Assembly (NCBI GenBank): GCA_040285825.1
Contig: JAUPSS010000004.1
Coordinates: 1,240,001-1,304,000, forward strand
Length of the DNA: 64,000 bases
Direction of reading: 5' to 3'
DNA from: Eukaryota sp. TZLM1-RC
Lineage: Eukaryota; Protista; Metamonada: BaSk clade
Under the pieces are notes generated by a model. That model made no database searches and was not told the origin of the DNA. It saw only the letters and a list, made by a program, of their open reading frames with translations. Every line of letters starts with the position of its first letter. Position 1 is the stretch's first letter. The position numbers and the translations under genes are program-made. Shown piece by piece: positions 47,190 to 60,864 of the stretch.

Positions 47190-48030
47190 CCCAAACCGAT
47201 CTCTTTTTAATTTACAGTTTTGCTGTAAAAAGTTTCAACAAAAATTGTCAAAGATTTTTGAAAGCTTGGATTTTGATGTTAGACTTGGCTTGGCCAAGAA
47301 AAAGAATCCCGCTTTTGCAAATCTTTTACAAGATATGTGTGACAGTACTTCTTTTGCCTTAGTAACAACAATTCCCCAAGTTTATGGTGCTCTCTTAACC
47401 GATTCTGCTTGGACTCTGAATATGAGATTTCGTTCCTTTATCTGGCCTGATAATTTACCTCATAATTTAATTTGTAAATGTTCTCGAGAAATTACAATTA
47501 CTCATTTGTTAAATTGTAAACATTTTATTACTTTTAGAAGCAAGGTTCATGATGCTGTAAGAGACCAGTTATATTGTATGTGTAAGTCTCATAGAATTGA
47601 ATCCTTTTTGGAACCTCTGTTGTCAAATCTGTTTGATGCTGAAGATAATTTTCATAAGAATATTAGAGGTGATGTACTATTACCTGGATCAGATGGAAGC
47701 TTTATTTTATTGGATGTAATGTCTGTTGATCCTGGTAATTCCTCAAATGAAAGGCTAGTTTATTCTGAAATTCATAATCCCCTTTCAAATGCTGAAAATT
47801 TCAAATTCAAAAAATACAATGAACCTTTGTCCAAATTGGCCAGTCTACAGCATGCAAAATACAATTTGTATCCATTTGTATTTTCCCTTTTTAATTCACT
47901 AGCACCAACTGCTTTACGTTTTTTGGAAGATTTTGAAATGATTGTAAAGAGAAGAACTGGCAGAAATTTCAACAAATTGTTTTGGCAAAAAAAATTTTAG
48001 ATGTTGATTTATAGGTTTTGAATAAAATTT
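47190..48030 (+). mobile_element. RLE zinc knuckle plus endonuclease fragment
   Basis: CKC...HLLNC...HDAVRD...RGDVLLPG...AENFKFKKY. Confidence 0.85.
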
Positions 48031-48179
48031 AAATTAATAAAAAAATCTAGAATTCAATATCCTCCAAACAATTTTTTTGCTGATTTATTGGATGTAGAAC
48101 CAAGAATGTTGAAAAGTCACTTATTTTCTTCCAGCAAATTTAGGTGGTATTTTTTTAATCAATTTATTTATTTTTAAAA

Positions 48180-48540
48180 CTGGAATATTTATTGAGATAA
48201 AAAAAGCCATCTAGAATTCAATATCCTCCAAACAAGCGTCACTATTACTGAACCTACTCACAGCATTACGTTCATATTCTACACCAATAGCTAAAAGTGC
48301 CTTTGAAATCATTGTTGGAATAGACTTGAAAATGCAAAAAACAATTCTATTTAACCAGAAAGTGGAATTCATTGTTTTACCAGACCTATTCAGTAACACT
48401 TTTTTAAAATTTTCCAAAAAGTGCAAGCCTGAAGGTCCAATATTGCCAAAAAGTGAAATTGCAAACGGCACAAACTGATATTTCACATGTTCCACTCTAC
48501 CTAACTGTGCCAAAGGTTCTTCATATTTTTTATCTTCTTA
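48180..48540 (-). mobile_element. RLE 3' fragment (family LEDIEF)
   Basis: Protein sequence matches 41135-41536. Confidence 0.85.
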
Positions 48541-48749
48541 TTTTCGGAGTTATTTCTAAATCTAAATATCTGTTACTATATAATCTGTTACTAAATAGGT
48601 CTAGTAAAACAATGAATTCCACTTTTTGAAATTCTTTTTCCTGAAAATTTGTTATTCTGGAAAATTTACTCATATTTTGAGATATAATGAACTTATAATG
48701 AACTTTCTTCAATGAAAATATAAATCAATGCAAAACCTATTTTATATTT

Positions 48750-50060
48750 TTTCAATTATTTATTTTACCGAGAAACTAAACACTGAATATAAAGTTTTAA
48801 ATCATCATAGCTGAAATCAGCAAACAAAAATTGACTGGAAGTTTTTCCTTCCTATCAGTGATCAAGAGATAATAGAGCAGAAGACAATGATGGGACAACA
48901 TCTTCATGAATTGCAAATACAATTCTCTTCTGTGAAAACGTGGTGTCAAAAATTCTTCCTGTACGTTGTTTCACAATTTCAAAAAATCATTAAACTCAAA
49001 TAAAGCATGTGTTCGAAACGTACCATGTAAAGAAAAATATATGGACAAAGGACATAAAGAATATGCAATTCAGCATTCAAGGATAGCAACTTTGCAGTAT
49101 ATTTGCTAATTTTAGTGTTGTCAGCAATAAACAGCGGATTCTTGCATTCGACTAAGCTGATGTTGTAAAAGAACTATTTTAAACATCAAATGATCACACA
49201 ATTCCACACAAATTTAGTGGCATATCAAACATCTATTTATGTTGTGGAAAATAAAAATAAAATAATCATTATTTATTGAACATGCACACTTAATTAAATT
49301 AATTCATAACTAATGGGACGAATATCATTGAACCAAGATTTCCTTTACAAAATCTTGATCTGCTCCCTGTCTAGCCAAAGCTTCTCTTATTCGATTGAAA
49401 AACCGAGGTAATCTATTAATAATGGCAAATTGAATCCGAGAGCGCCATAAAAAAATATCAAATCTTTTCATTGTTCTTTCTTGCACCATTTTTTGGAAGT
49501 CATTCAAAAAAGTTTCTGCTTCTACTGATAGCCTTCCGTTTATCGAAAATGGGAAATCAATAAAAACTAGTTGTGTATTTCTACCAACATTAGCTTCTTC
49601 GATATCTTTGTCATATTTTCTATGTTTTTCTTTTGCTTTAAATTCAAGAGCACTTACAGGATTAAGTTTTCTTCTGTGAACCAAAGTATCATTTGCAACA
49701 TTACATAAGACAAAGTCAACATAGTTTCAGAGTTCTCAATCCAATCACAACATTCATCACCTCTATCATCAAAGCCAAAATTATTTAATGACAGTTATTC
49801 TTTCAGCAGAGACTCTTTGACACACGAGATTCTTGCAATTCGTGTCATATTGAAAGGAATGTCTTTAACAGCATCATGTAATGAAGAACGAAAAGTTATC
49901 AATTTCGAACAATTCAGAGCATGTCGCAAAGTGAGCTGAGGTGAATTCGAACAAATACATTGTTCTTTTGATAATAATTGATTAATGGGGATATTCAAAT
50001 ATAATCTCATTTTTGTTACACATGCTTCATTAGTGGCACACAGTCCAAATCTTATAAATA
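48750..50060 (-). mobile_element. Two stacked RLE fragments (EILVQ family 49270-50060; other family 48750-49160)
   Basis: Inverted homologue of 1620-2590. Confidence 0.8.
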
Positions 50061-50098
50061 TCATTAATGAATAAGGCAATGGAAATCAATTCAAAAAT

Positions 50099-50198
50099 CG
50101 CGACCACCGGGAATCGAACCCGGGTTTGGACATTTGAAATGAATGATTATTTAGATTCATAGTGAAAACATCCCGTCCTCCCACTAGACCATGATCGC
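50099..50198 (-). tRNA. tRNA-Glu(TTC)-like gene with 29-nt insertion (intron)
   Basis: Cloverleaf arms intact, T arm CCGGGTTCGATTCCCGG, followed by a TTTTT Pol III terminator. Confidence 0.8.
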
Positions 50199-52429
50199 TC
50201 TGCCTTGAATGCCGTAATTCTACTTCACATTGATGAAATTATGAAGAGTACCAACTTATCATTTGCCGAACCTTCTTTCGGCTCGTCACCATTATGTCTT
50301 CATCCCATCATAACCTTTCCTGTCCTGAGATCAGTGCCTCTTGAAATCGGACTCAGCGATAAGATCGGCGAAGTGGCTTCCGTCTATGGTGCCTGTTGGT
50401 TTTCCCTTGATGTGGCCTTCAAGATGGCAACTATCACTGAAGAAGGGAAGAAGTTTTTCAAGAAAGATATTGTCCTCTTTTTTCCATCAACAATCCAGCC
50501 ATCCTCCGTGTTTTCGATATTGCTTTTTTGATGATAATATGGGCATTGTCGTGGAACGCGCCTATTCCTCTCTTCCTACTCCTATTACTCTCACGTGAAA
50601 CCCTCCGGCTAGCCAAGGATTTATGATCTGCCATCAAGATGTTAACAAATGAACTATAAATCAAATCTGAGTCTGTTCTATAAAAGTGATAGAAAAAACT
50701 GGAAAGCTTAGGTAAATCAGATTCAATTACATCAAAAATTGCTTTCCCTTCACAGAATTAAAAGCATTTTTGAAGTCAAGATTAAAAATAAAATTATTGT
50801 TTATCGAAATAATATTAATTTATTAATTTAGTTATTGTTTTTTGTATTTAAAAACGTTTCTCTTTTTCTTGACTCAAATCCTCATAAATTTTGACTCTTA
50901 CAGCTCAATTTTGAAAAAATTAAATTTTTTTGTAACTTCATTTTTTTTTAACTTGGGATTGAATTCATTTGTCAAGAAGGGTTTTTGACCATAATTTGCT
51001 AATAAACTCAATTGATGAATTATTTGGTCACTATTTTGTCTACTTGGTTCATTTAGATCTCGATTAATAAGTTGTTGATTAATTATTTATTCAAACAAAT
51101 GAAAACTTAGGAAAACTGAAAGTTGATTCAACCACACAGAATCGCATCTCGCTACAATAATGGTGTCATGAGGTTTGTTCACAAAATTTGAGAAATTTCA
51201 GTTAGATGGTCCAGATGATTGCCTTACAGATTGCCAGCAGCTACATCTACATCTTACTTATTTTGTCTTCATTGCTGATGAACAAATAGAGGTGAAACGA
51301 AACAATAGTAATTTGTTACGAATAACACTTGTTGAGTTTGGTATATTCCCCTTTTAAAATTATGGTGATGGTGTTGTAGAATACATTTATGCACACGGCT
51401 GAGGACACGGCTGTAGGATCTTTGTCAATTATGTGAAGCAAGTGAGTCAAAAAATATTTATTGTTGTTGCAGATAGTTGGCTTATGTGCACGGGTTTCCA
51501 TAAACTAATAATTACAGATGTTTATAGAGAGAGTTAAAAAATCAATATAAATAAAACAATAACTAAATTTAAATTACTGATCACGTGATACAACACGTGA
51601 TACTTTCCAAAGCCAGAAGTTGGCAGTTAGCACTAGCTAACAAGATTGTGTTAGATTTTGCTTGTAAAAGGAATTTATTGTTAATTTGAGCATACTGAAA
51701 TACAATCTGTTGAAAATGTTATTGAGCTTGTTAAAGAAATTGAAACGTATATTTTATACCTACATAGCATCCTAACATATACGAAAGAATTGGCAAACAA
51801 CCAGGGACCATCAATGCAGCTTTGGAAACCTTTATCATTGCCTTGATAGGACAATTCCAATCGACACTTATGTTCCAATTATTGATTTTACGAAAGAAAC
51901 ATAATGATTCAATGATTCTTGTAAAACTTTTGATCTTAACTGCATTTATTTTGGTCGTAGATATTGTGCAAAAGATTAAGTAGTGTCATTGACATAATCA
52001 AAAATTAAACTGTCTTGAGACATTTGTTTGGATTAAGTAAAAGCACGATGTTTTTGCAGAAAATTGATGCTTCAGAGGTAATTTTATTCAAAACACTTGA
52101 GGAACAAGAATTGAGGCATCATCCATATATCCTACTATTTTCAACACAGAATTACCCTTGTTAAATTGACCTATTTGTCAATTGCTTAACAGAATTTAGG
52201 CAATCTTTTTATTTCTGCTTTAACAATAATTCAATGATCACAGCTTTGATTAGAATTATGTCATTAAAAGAAAATAAAGATTAAAAAAAAGAAAGAAATT
52301 TGATTAGACTATATGAAAGCATTACCAAATGGCAACTATCCAATAAGTTATCACTGATATTCAGCGAAAAATAATGGTGACTTTTGGAGTATTTTAAAAT
52401 TTGAAAGTCAATATTTTTTGAACTGTATT

Positions 52430-53380
52430 TTTATTGAACCAAAATTCTGTCCAATATTCAATATCCTCCAAACAAGCATTACAATTACTGAACCTTCTGA
52501 CAGCATTTCTTTCATAATCTACACCAATAGCTAAAAGAGCTGTAGAAATTATTGTTGGAATAGACTTGAAATTGCAAAAACCAATTCTGTTCAACCACAT
52601 AATGGATTTTCTTTATATGATTATAGATTTTTATTTTCAACGCTAACAAAACAACTAAACAAAAAACTAGAACCCAATATCCTCAATACACGCATCAACA
52701 TCATCAAATCTCTGAAGCGCACGATTTTTATACTATTCATAATTGTAACAGTGCTTTGGTCAGCATTTCTGGAAATTCTTTAAGAATACTAAAAACAATT
52801 CTATTGTGCCAGAAATTGAAATTCGATTCCTTTCCTGCTCTTTCTTTTATTAAACTTCTGAAACTTTCGAGAAATTTAATGCCCGATATTCCAATGTTAC
52901 CAAAAATAGAAACAGTAAATGGAACCAGCTGATACTGTACATGCTCAACACATCCTAGCTGAGACAAGGGCTCCTTGTACTTTATGATTTTGCTCTTTTC
53001 AGCAAAGCAGAGCGGAGTTTCATCTTTTTTTTTTTCAAAATCAATTGCTTATTCTTTACAAACATCAACAGTGACAACATCAACAACTTTGGTGATACTA
53101 TCAGACACAGGGGTAATTAAATCAGCACGGCGTTTCCCAAAAGTATTTTCATCTTCATTTTCAGGTGACATTCTACGCACAAGTGGTTCAACAAAAGCTT
53201 CAATGTGATGACTTTTGCACATTGCGTATAGTTGGTTTTTAACAGCATCGTGAACAACTGAGCGATATGTAATATTAAATTTGCAATTAAATGAATGATT
53301 AAGATTGATAAGCTGACCGCAACGACAAGTCAAATCAATTGGCACACTGCATGGCCAAAGAAAAACACCTCATTCTTAAG
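52430..53380 (-). mobile_element. Two stacked RLE 3' fragments (CIEDIEF family 52630-53380; LEDIEF-like 52430-52600)
   Basis: CRCG...HDAVK...RRADL...VDVVTVD, and WLNRI...LEDIE. Confidence 0.8.
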
Positions 53381-53435
53381 CTAGTCATTTAATTTTCAAG
53401 TTCAAAATTTTGTGGTTATTTACACGGAACAAGTG

Positions 53436-53508
53436 TCCCTGATGGCGTAATTGGTAGCGCGTTCGACTTTTAATCGAACGACTCTGGGTTCGAGTCCCAG
53501 TCAGGGAG
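53436..53508 (+). tRNA. tRNA-Lys(TTT)
   Basis: TCCCTGA/TCAGGGA acceptor, TTCGA-CTTTTAA-TCGAA anticodon arm, GTTCGAGTC T loop, downstream TTTTT. Confidence 0.95.
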
Positions 53509-53619
53509 CTGTTTTTGTAGTCCTCTCTTTATTTTGTTATTTTGTGTTAGGTGTTTTGAATCTTGTAGCGGGAATGAAAGTTTCATAACTATAGATAATG
53601 AACCAACCGAAAATTCTAC

Positions 53620-54260
53620 AGATTTCTTTGGAAAAATAAAATTGTGTTTTCTATATTCCAGGGGATGTTGAAGATGGTTTCTGACGCTTTGCTTTCTCCT
53701 CGATCTCACTATGAGAGAATTACATCTAGCGTTTTTGTTTTGGGAGAGATGGATTACTTGGATGTTGATTTAGGTGTTTTCTTATAATTAAATTCAATTA
53801 CAACAAACTTTTAAAGCCAAATGAACTGACACTTGTTATTCTTTTTATCAAAATTTCATTAATTCAGATTTCAATAATCCTCATTTTGCTGGCGAAAAAT
53901 ACAAAAGTTTTGAATACGGCAAATGGATTTTCTCCGTCGTGCAAAATTTTCATGCCCAGTGTAATACCTTTTCCTTTTTTGTCTTTGCTCGGATCATCAT
54001 TGGAATCCCTTGAAAATTTCAATGTAGTTGTTAAGGAAAGTACTGAAAGAATTTTCAATCGTGTTTACTGGCAAAACAGGACTGACTTTTCAATTCATAA
54101 GGAATGGTGAAGTAAATTTCTCTTTCAATTTCTTCTTTTGGGATAATTTCTGAATTTTGCAGTATTATTTATTTCGATCTAGAAGATGCAGGTTTTAAGG
54201 TTTTGAAGCTTTAGTTGTGTATTGGATTGTTCTATTTCTATTATTTGCTTCAAAAATAAA
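53620..54260 (+). mobile_element. Degraded RLE 3' fragments
   Basis: LSLLGS...STERIFNRVYWQNR, similar to the EDVEF and VDL families. Confidence 0.65.
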
Positions 54261-54369
54261 AAATAAAAAATTTGCTTTTAAAACAATCGAATTGAAATTC
54301 TTCTATATTTCAACTCACAATCATACCAAAATAAACTTATCACTAATAGAGCGAAATTTCAAACCTTTT

Positions 54370-54791
54370 ATTGGTATAGCAAGGCAGCTGAAACTGGTGA
54401 TGAATATGCTATGTGTAATTTAGGAAATTGTTTTAGGGATGGTGGACGTGTTCATTAAGACCTTCAACAAGCTATTTATTGTTTCAAAAAAGCTGCTGAT
54501 GCTGGCCATGCTGGTGCTATGAATGCTTTAGGTGACTGATGCAATGACGGTATTGGTGTCGAACAAGACTATTCACAAGCAGTGTTCTTTTTCCAAAAAG
54601 CTGCTGAATTGTGTAATGAGGTTGGATTGTACAATTTAGGTGATTGTTATGAACACGGTAGAGGTGTACCTAAAGACCTTCCCCAAGTTATTAAATGGTA
54701 CGAAAAGGCTAAACATTTTGGCGATGAAGATGCTGATCTAAGAATAGATCGTTGTAAGGAACTATTGGCCAGTTTCGATTGCTCTGTTTAG
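54370..54791 (+). pseudogene. Sel1-like repeat gene remnant
   Basis: AMCNLGNCF...AADAGHAGAM...YNLGDCYEHGRGV with internal stops. Confidence 0.75.
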
Positions 54792-55484
54792 AATTTGCAA
54801 GTTTCTTGCTCATTATTGATCACACAAAATACTTCAAAAATAAATATTGCTAATATAATACTTTTAACAAGTCGTTGACCAACAATAATTTGATAGGTGT
54901 GTTTCATGGTGCCATGATAAAACAACCCGCACCACCAGACATTGTAATATTTTCTTTTCAGCGAAAATGACAATTACGGATAGGATTTTTAGAAAATGTC
55001 AGTAGATTAGTAAATTATGCAAAACAAATTTATCACATTTTAGCAGCTGTTCCCATTCTATTTGATACAGTGTAAACATTTGTTAATATTTCATTTGGAA
55101 ATGGTTGTCCAGTCACATACCAAAAATGCATCATAGTAATACCATCACAAGTTACATAATGTTTATCATGCATTACTTTTTTAGAAGGAAGTGTTCTCAT
55201 AAAAAGAATCCAAAACATTGCAATTGTTAAATCACATTTCTGAATTTGAAATTCTGGATTTTTCTGGATACATAAAATCTGGTAGAAGTTTTTTAAAATG
55301 ATATGTGTACTAGCAATAATTCCTCCATTGTTTATAAATTTTTGTTGTGGACTTAATCCATATAGATGTCCATCTCGTTTTATTTTTTTTAATTGTTCTT
55401 TTAATGATAATTTTTCAAAATCATCTAAAAGTAATGAGTATTCCAATTTCAAAAAAAAAATAAAATCATTTTTATCAAATTTTA

Positions 55485-57090
55485 ACAATTTACTTAAATG
55501 TGTTTTGTTATCGAATTCTCCAGTTTCCACAATAGTTGATGGTATTGAAATTCAAGCCAAATTATATTCAATTGATGCTATTCGTCATTTGGGTTCGTTT
55601 TTAGGAAATAATGATGAAATTACCAAAAAATTGTTTGAAAAGTTGAATTTAATTTCTGACAAAATTGACCGAATGATGAATTTAGATATAAAAAAACACA
55701 TCAAATTTACCATTATAAGACTGTGTTTTAGTTCCAATTTTAATCATATATTTGGATCTACAAATCATCTCGTCACTAGACCTTTGGCTCAAAAGTTTAA
55801 TGAGTTACGTGCAAAAGTTCTGTCTCAATTACTGGGATGTAAAATGTTTCAAATCCCAGATCATGCTTACCTTAGTCCACATTATGGCGGTTTAGGAAGG
55901 ACGAAGGCTTCTATTCTTACCTCGTGTGCTTTTGTTGGTGGATGCAGAAATGCAATCTTTGAGTTTTCCGAAAGATTTGCAGATTGGGAAGATTTATTGA
56001 TGACAACGCAAAGTTCCACTGTTTTTGCATTAAATGAAGAAATTTCAAAAATTGATGTAGAAAAATGGGGTCGATGTTTTCCCCAATCATTCAATGGCAA
56101 TATTCCAGAAAAAAATGTTTTAAATTTGAAGTACACTCTTCGAACATTACAGAAACGATTGACTGGAATGTATGAAAAAGATCTTTATAATAATATATGC
56201 AGCTCGGCTGTTTTAAATCAAGATCTTCACTCATTGTTATTGGAAAAGGGTGTTTGTGAAAGCAAGTCATCAGATTCTTCACTTTTTGTAACCATTCTAC
56301 CACGAAGATTTGGATTGTGTGCACCTAATGAAGCATTTGTAACAAAAATGAGATTATATTTGAACATCCCCATTAATCAATTATTATCAAAAGAAAAATG
56401 TATTTGTTCGAATTCACCTCAACTCACTTTGCGCCATGCTCTAAATTGCTCTAAATTGATAACTTATCGTTCTTCATCACATGATGCTGTTAGAGACACT
56501 GTTTTCAATATGGCACAAACTGCAAGGATATCGTGTATCAAAGAGCCCCTGCTGAAGGAAACACTTTCTCTGAATAATTTTGGTTCTGATGATAGAGGTG
56601 ATGTATACTGTGATTGCATTGATAATTCTGAAGCTATTGTTGACTTTGTCTCATGTAATGTTGCAAATGATACTTTGGTTCACAGAAGAAAACTTAATCC
56701 TGTGGCTGCTCTGGATTTTAAAGCAAAAGAGAAACATAGAAAATATGATAAAGATATTGAAGAGGCTAATGTCGATAGAAATGCACAGCTGGTTTTTATT
56801 GCTTTCCCATTTTCGATAAATGGAAGATTATCAGTTAAAGCAGAAACTTTTTTGAATGACTTTCAAAAAATGGTGCAAGAAAAAACAATGAAAAGATTTG
56901 ATATTTTTATTATGGCGTTCACGGATTCAATTTGCCATTATTAATAGATTACCTCGGTTTTGCAATCGAATAAGAGAAGCTTTAGCTAGACAGGAAGCAG
57001 ATCAAGATTTGTAGAGGAAATCTTGGTTTAATGATATTCGTCCCATTAGTTATGAATTAATTTAATTAAGTGTGCAAATTCAATAAATAC
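55485..57090 (+). mobile_element. Longest copy of the EILVQ-family CRE-like retrotransposon (post-RT region, zinc knuckle, RLE), 5'-truncated
   Basis: RHLGSFLG, YGGLG, CIC...HALNC, DRGD...VDF...KAKEKHRKY, 3' UTR and AATAAA. Confidence 0.9.
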
Positions 57091-57659
57091 AATGTAGAAT
57101 GTGTTCAAAGTTTTTTAAATTTAACCGAAAACAATGATGAATTTGAAAAATGAATTATTATTTTTAGAAGTGAATTTCAAAAATTTTATTTCAGAAAAAA
57201 TATTAAATACTTCTTATAATAACATTGTTTCATTAAAAACATTTATGAATAATATGATTATTTGAATCTATTAAAAAATAAATTTGAAAACACTGACGAA
57301 CCAATTTAAGATGGTTATTTAGAAAGTGACTTTTGAAATCTTTTTAATATTGAAAAGTTACATCTTTTATTTTCCAAACGAAATTTTACTCTACTATTTG
57401 AGTATTTATTTATAAAAAAATTTAAGAGATGAAATAATTCATATGGAAGTAAATACTGAATATGGATATCAAGGTTTAACATTTCCAGATTTTTCAGAAT
57501 ATAAAAATTTTAAATCTTTAAAATTATATAGAGGTTAATCTATAATTAAACTATAGTTTAAATGTACCAACTTTAACATCTCTTTCATTATCTTCAATAT
57601 GGGATGTTGTAACTTTTAAATCTTTAAAATCTTTAGTATCTTTAAAATACTTATTTATT

Positions 57660-58282
57660 TATTTATTTTCTACGAAGAATCAAATAAAAACAAAACAAAC
57701 TAAAACACATAAGAAACTAAATTCTCCACGCCAACTCTTGATGAATCCTTATAAAGTTTGGACATCATTAAACTCAAGTACTTGGGAACACTTCTGTACA
57801 AAGCGAAAATGATACGATTCTTCCATAAATTCTCTGCAAAATTCTTACCACTTGAACGACACAAATTACCAAAATCATTGATGAAATTCAAGGCAGACTG
57901 TCCAATGTTGCCAAAAATCGAAAAGGCAAAATGAATAAACGAAAACTTCGAGTAAAGGTTCTTATTTAAATCATTTAATATCTCAGTATATTTATCTCTC
58001 TTACGATCTTCAGCCTTGTTTAAATGACCATTAGTACTCAGTAAAACATCATCGCGATAAACAAAAGCAAAGGGATCAACTGTAGTGAAATCAACAACAA
58101 CTTGAGAGGAATCCACAAAAGGAGCAATTAAATCACCTCGACGTGTATTAAACAGATTATCATCACTATAATGCTTCAGCAACGGTTCTACTTTGCAACT
58201 AAAATTGTAACACTTGAACATCTCATATGTCACATCACGAACGGCATTATGAAGAACTGACCTATATTGGAGAAATTTCTTT
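57660..58282 (-). mobile_element. RLE 3' fragment (family SYVF)
   Basis: Near-identical to 45495-46105. Confidence 0.85.
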
Positions 58283-58479
58283 AAAATACTTGTTATATAA
58301 TTCAAAAAATATAGCAAGAATACTTAAATATTTACCACTCACTAATTCAGAAACTTTGGGATATTTGGAAAATTAAAGAAAAACATTTTAATGATTGAGG
58401 TTTAATGATAGTCGTCCCATTAGTTATGATTTAATTTAATCAAGTGTGCAAATTCAATAAATACGATATGATTGAGATT

Positions 58480-60860
58480 TAATACATTTAAAACAGTGTA
58501 CTAAATTAAAAACTCTTAAAATTAATGACTTGAATCAAGATAGATTAAAACGTGTTATAACCATTCCATATATTCCATTAAATGTAAATCGAATTATTAA
58601 ATAAAAATCGACATCTCCAACATTTGGAGATTATTAAAAGTTTGTGATTAACATTTCTAATAAATTTTTTTAAAAAAATATTTTTATCTAACAATAATTT
58701 TACTATTGGGAAACATATTCTCGAGAGTTTATTTTATTTCCAATTTGTTTTGGATGTGGTGGGAACCAATGATCAAGTTGAAGTGTATTAAATTAAAATA
58801 TAACAATCATAAAAATACATCAATTTAATATAATCAATGTGATTAATATTAGTTAAAGTAATAAAAGCATCACTTATTAATTTTTTCAATGATTTAATAT
58901 AAGGAATTTCATAATTAATATATGTTTTGTTTATAATTTTTAAACATTCCAATTTTGGACAGTTTGATAAACTATCAGGTAAATGTGTACCATCAATTGT
59001 TAAATATTTCAAATTTGCCAACGTATGAACATAATCCAATAGTTTAACACGATTATTCACTAATATACGATTTTCAATTGAATACATTAACACATCAGGT
59101 AAAACTCTTCCACTAAGTTCAAGTGTTTTTAATTTTGGCAAATTCCCACATTCAACATTAATCTTTCCATATATTTTAAGATAATTTAATTTTGTAAACT
59201 TAGATAAATTAATATTAATGACATATTGACCATTTACAGACTCATTTAAAGTTAATCTTGTTAAATATTCAGGATTTATGTAATTAAGATTGACATATTT
59301 TTCATCCAAAAATTGGAATTGTTAATTCTTCTAATTGAATATTTTTTAAATATGACAAATTCAAATAAACAAAATTATCAGAGGGAATGTACAAACATTT
59401 TAATGAAACAAATCCTTCAAGAGAATATAGTCATTGAAAATAATCATTGTATTCATCAACAAACATTTTATATATTATTGGTTTCAACTTACAGTTTGGA
59501 AAATCTTCATTATAAATGATAAAAATTACCCACTTCACTAGTGAAGTTAGTGCTTAAACATGATGAAATTGAGGTCACTGATTTGAGTTTTTATAAGAGA
59601 CCTTGCTGTGCTTTCTTTAGAAAAAGATTATGTTCATGTCGGTATCTTGAAAGGCTATACACCTTTACCTCAATCCATTGTTAGATTGGAAATAGAATTC
59701 GAATGCACTGTCATTATAAATGACATTTAATTGTATCATATTCAAATCAAAAATATTTGATAATATTGTTTGCAATTCTTCAAACAAAATACCAATATAA
59801 AGTACATTATTTGTGTTTTCAAACTTCTTTTTTGAGAAATCTTTACAATTATATTTTTCAATAAAATCCATAAATTTAATGGGAATATGTGTTTGTGTTT
59901 TATTCAATATTTTATTAAGAATCAAATATTTTATGTCCATTTTGAAAAAAGAAAATCATTTTTATCCAGCAATATTTTTAACATTGGGAAATGCATTAAT
60001 AAATATTTCTTTAATAATTACCGCTTTAGAATAATTCAATTCAAATAATTTAAATTTCAAATGATTTTTTCTTGAATAAATTATTTTAGTAGTTGTTCAA
60101 TTCTATTTCTAGAAACTCTTATCTCAAAATGTTCAATATAATTAAGATTATCATTGAATATGATACCATCATTACATCTTAATTTTTTAATGATTTAAAA
60201 TATGGGATTACATATTCTCCATAACTATGTATATTTAAACGTTCTAATTTAGGTCATTTTCCCGTATTATCTAGAAAACATATTGAATCTATTTCCAGGA
60301 ATTTCAAATTTGGTAAATGATAAACTCGATGAATGTCATAATCAGCACAATCACCTAAAATTAATTCTTCTAATGATTCTTCTGAAATATCAGAGAATGT
60401 TTCCATAGATAATTTTTTTAATTTTGGTAAATTACCTTTAACAATTGTATATCCAACACTCAACTCTATTAAATTTTTAAATCAACAATATTTTTAGAAT
60501 CAATATTTAATGAAATCAAATTACCTGGATTAATATAATCAAGTTCATTTATGAATGGTCTCAGTTCAAATGATAATTTCTCTGATTTTGACATATTCAA
60601 TGGACGATATTTTGGACCGATGGTCACACAAACTTCTTTTAGTGATTCAAATTTCTCAATATCTGATATATCATCATCAGCTAACTCAATTGAATGAATC
60701 TTTGATTTTAATATTCTTGGAATTTTTTCATAAAATGTCGAGTATAATTTAAGTTTATTCACATCAAATGTATTAATTAAGAAATCATAATTTGTATGAC
60801 ATGGATGTATAACATTGTTTGTATTTTCAAATTGTTCTTTCAAGAATTATTTACAATTAT
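58480..60860 (-). pseudogene. Cluster of extremely AT-rich LRR-like gene fragments
   Basis: NLPKLKTLEL, LPNLKFLEI and IKSLKKL motifs. FENTNNV and YINP motifs repeat between fragments. Confidence 0.55.
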
Positions 60861-60864
60861 ATTT

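Noticed and set aside
53380-53620. tRNA-targeted integration of RLE elements
   Set aside because: RLE fragments are so dense throughout the window that proximity to tRNAs is uninformative.
55298-55484. N-terminus of the 548-aa ORF as part of the retrotransposon protein
   Set aside because: Similarity to the element begins near 55485. The upstream part is chance read-through of unrelated AT-rich sequence.
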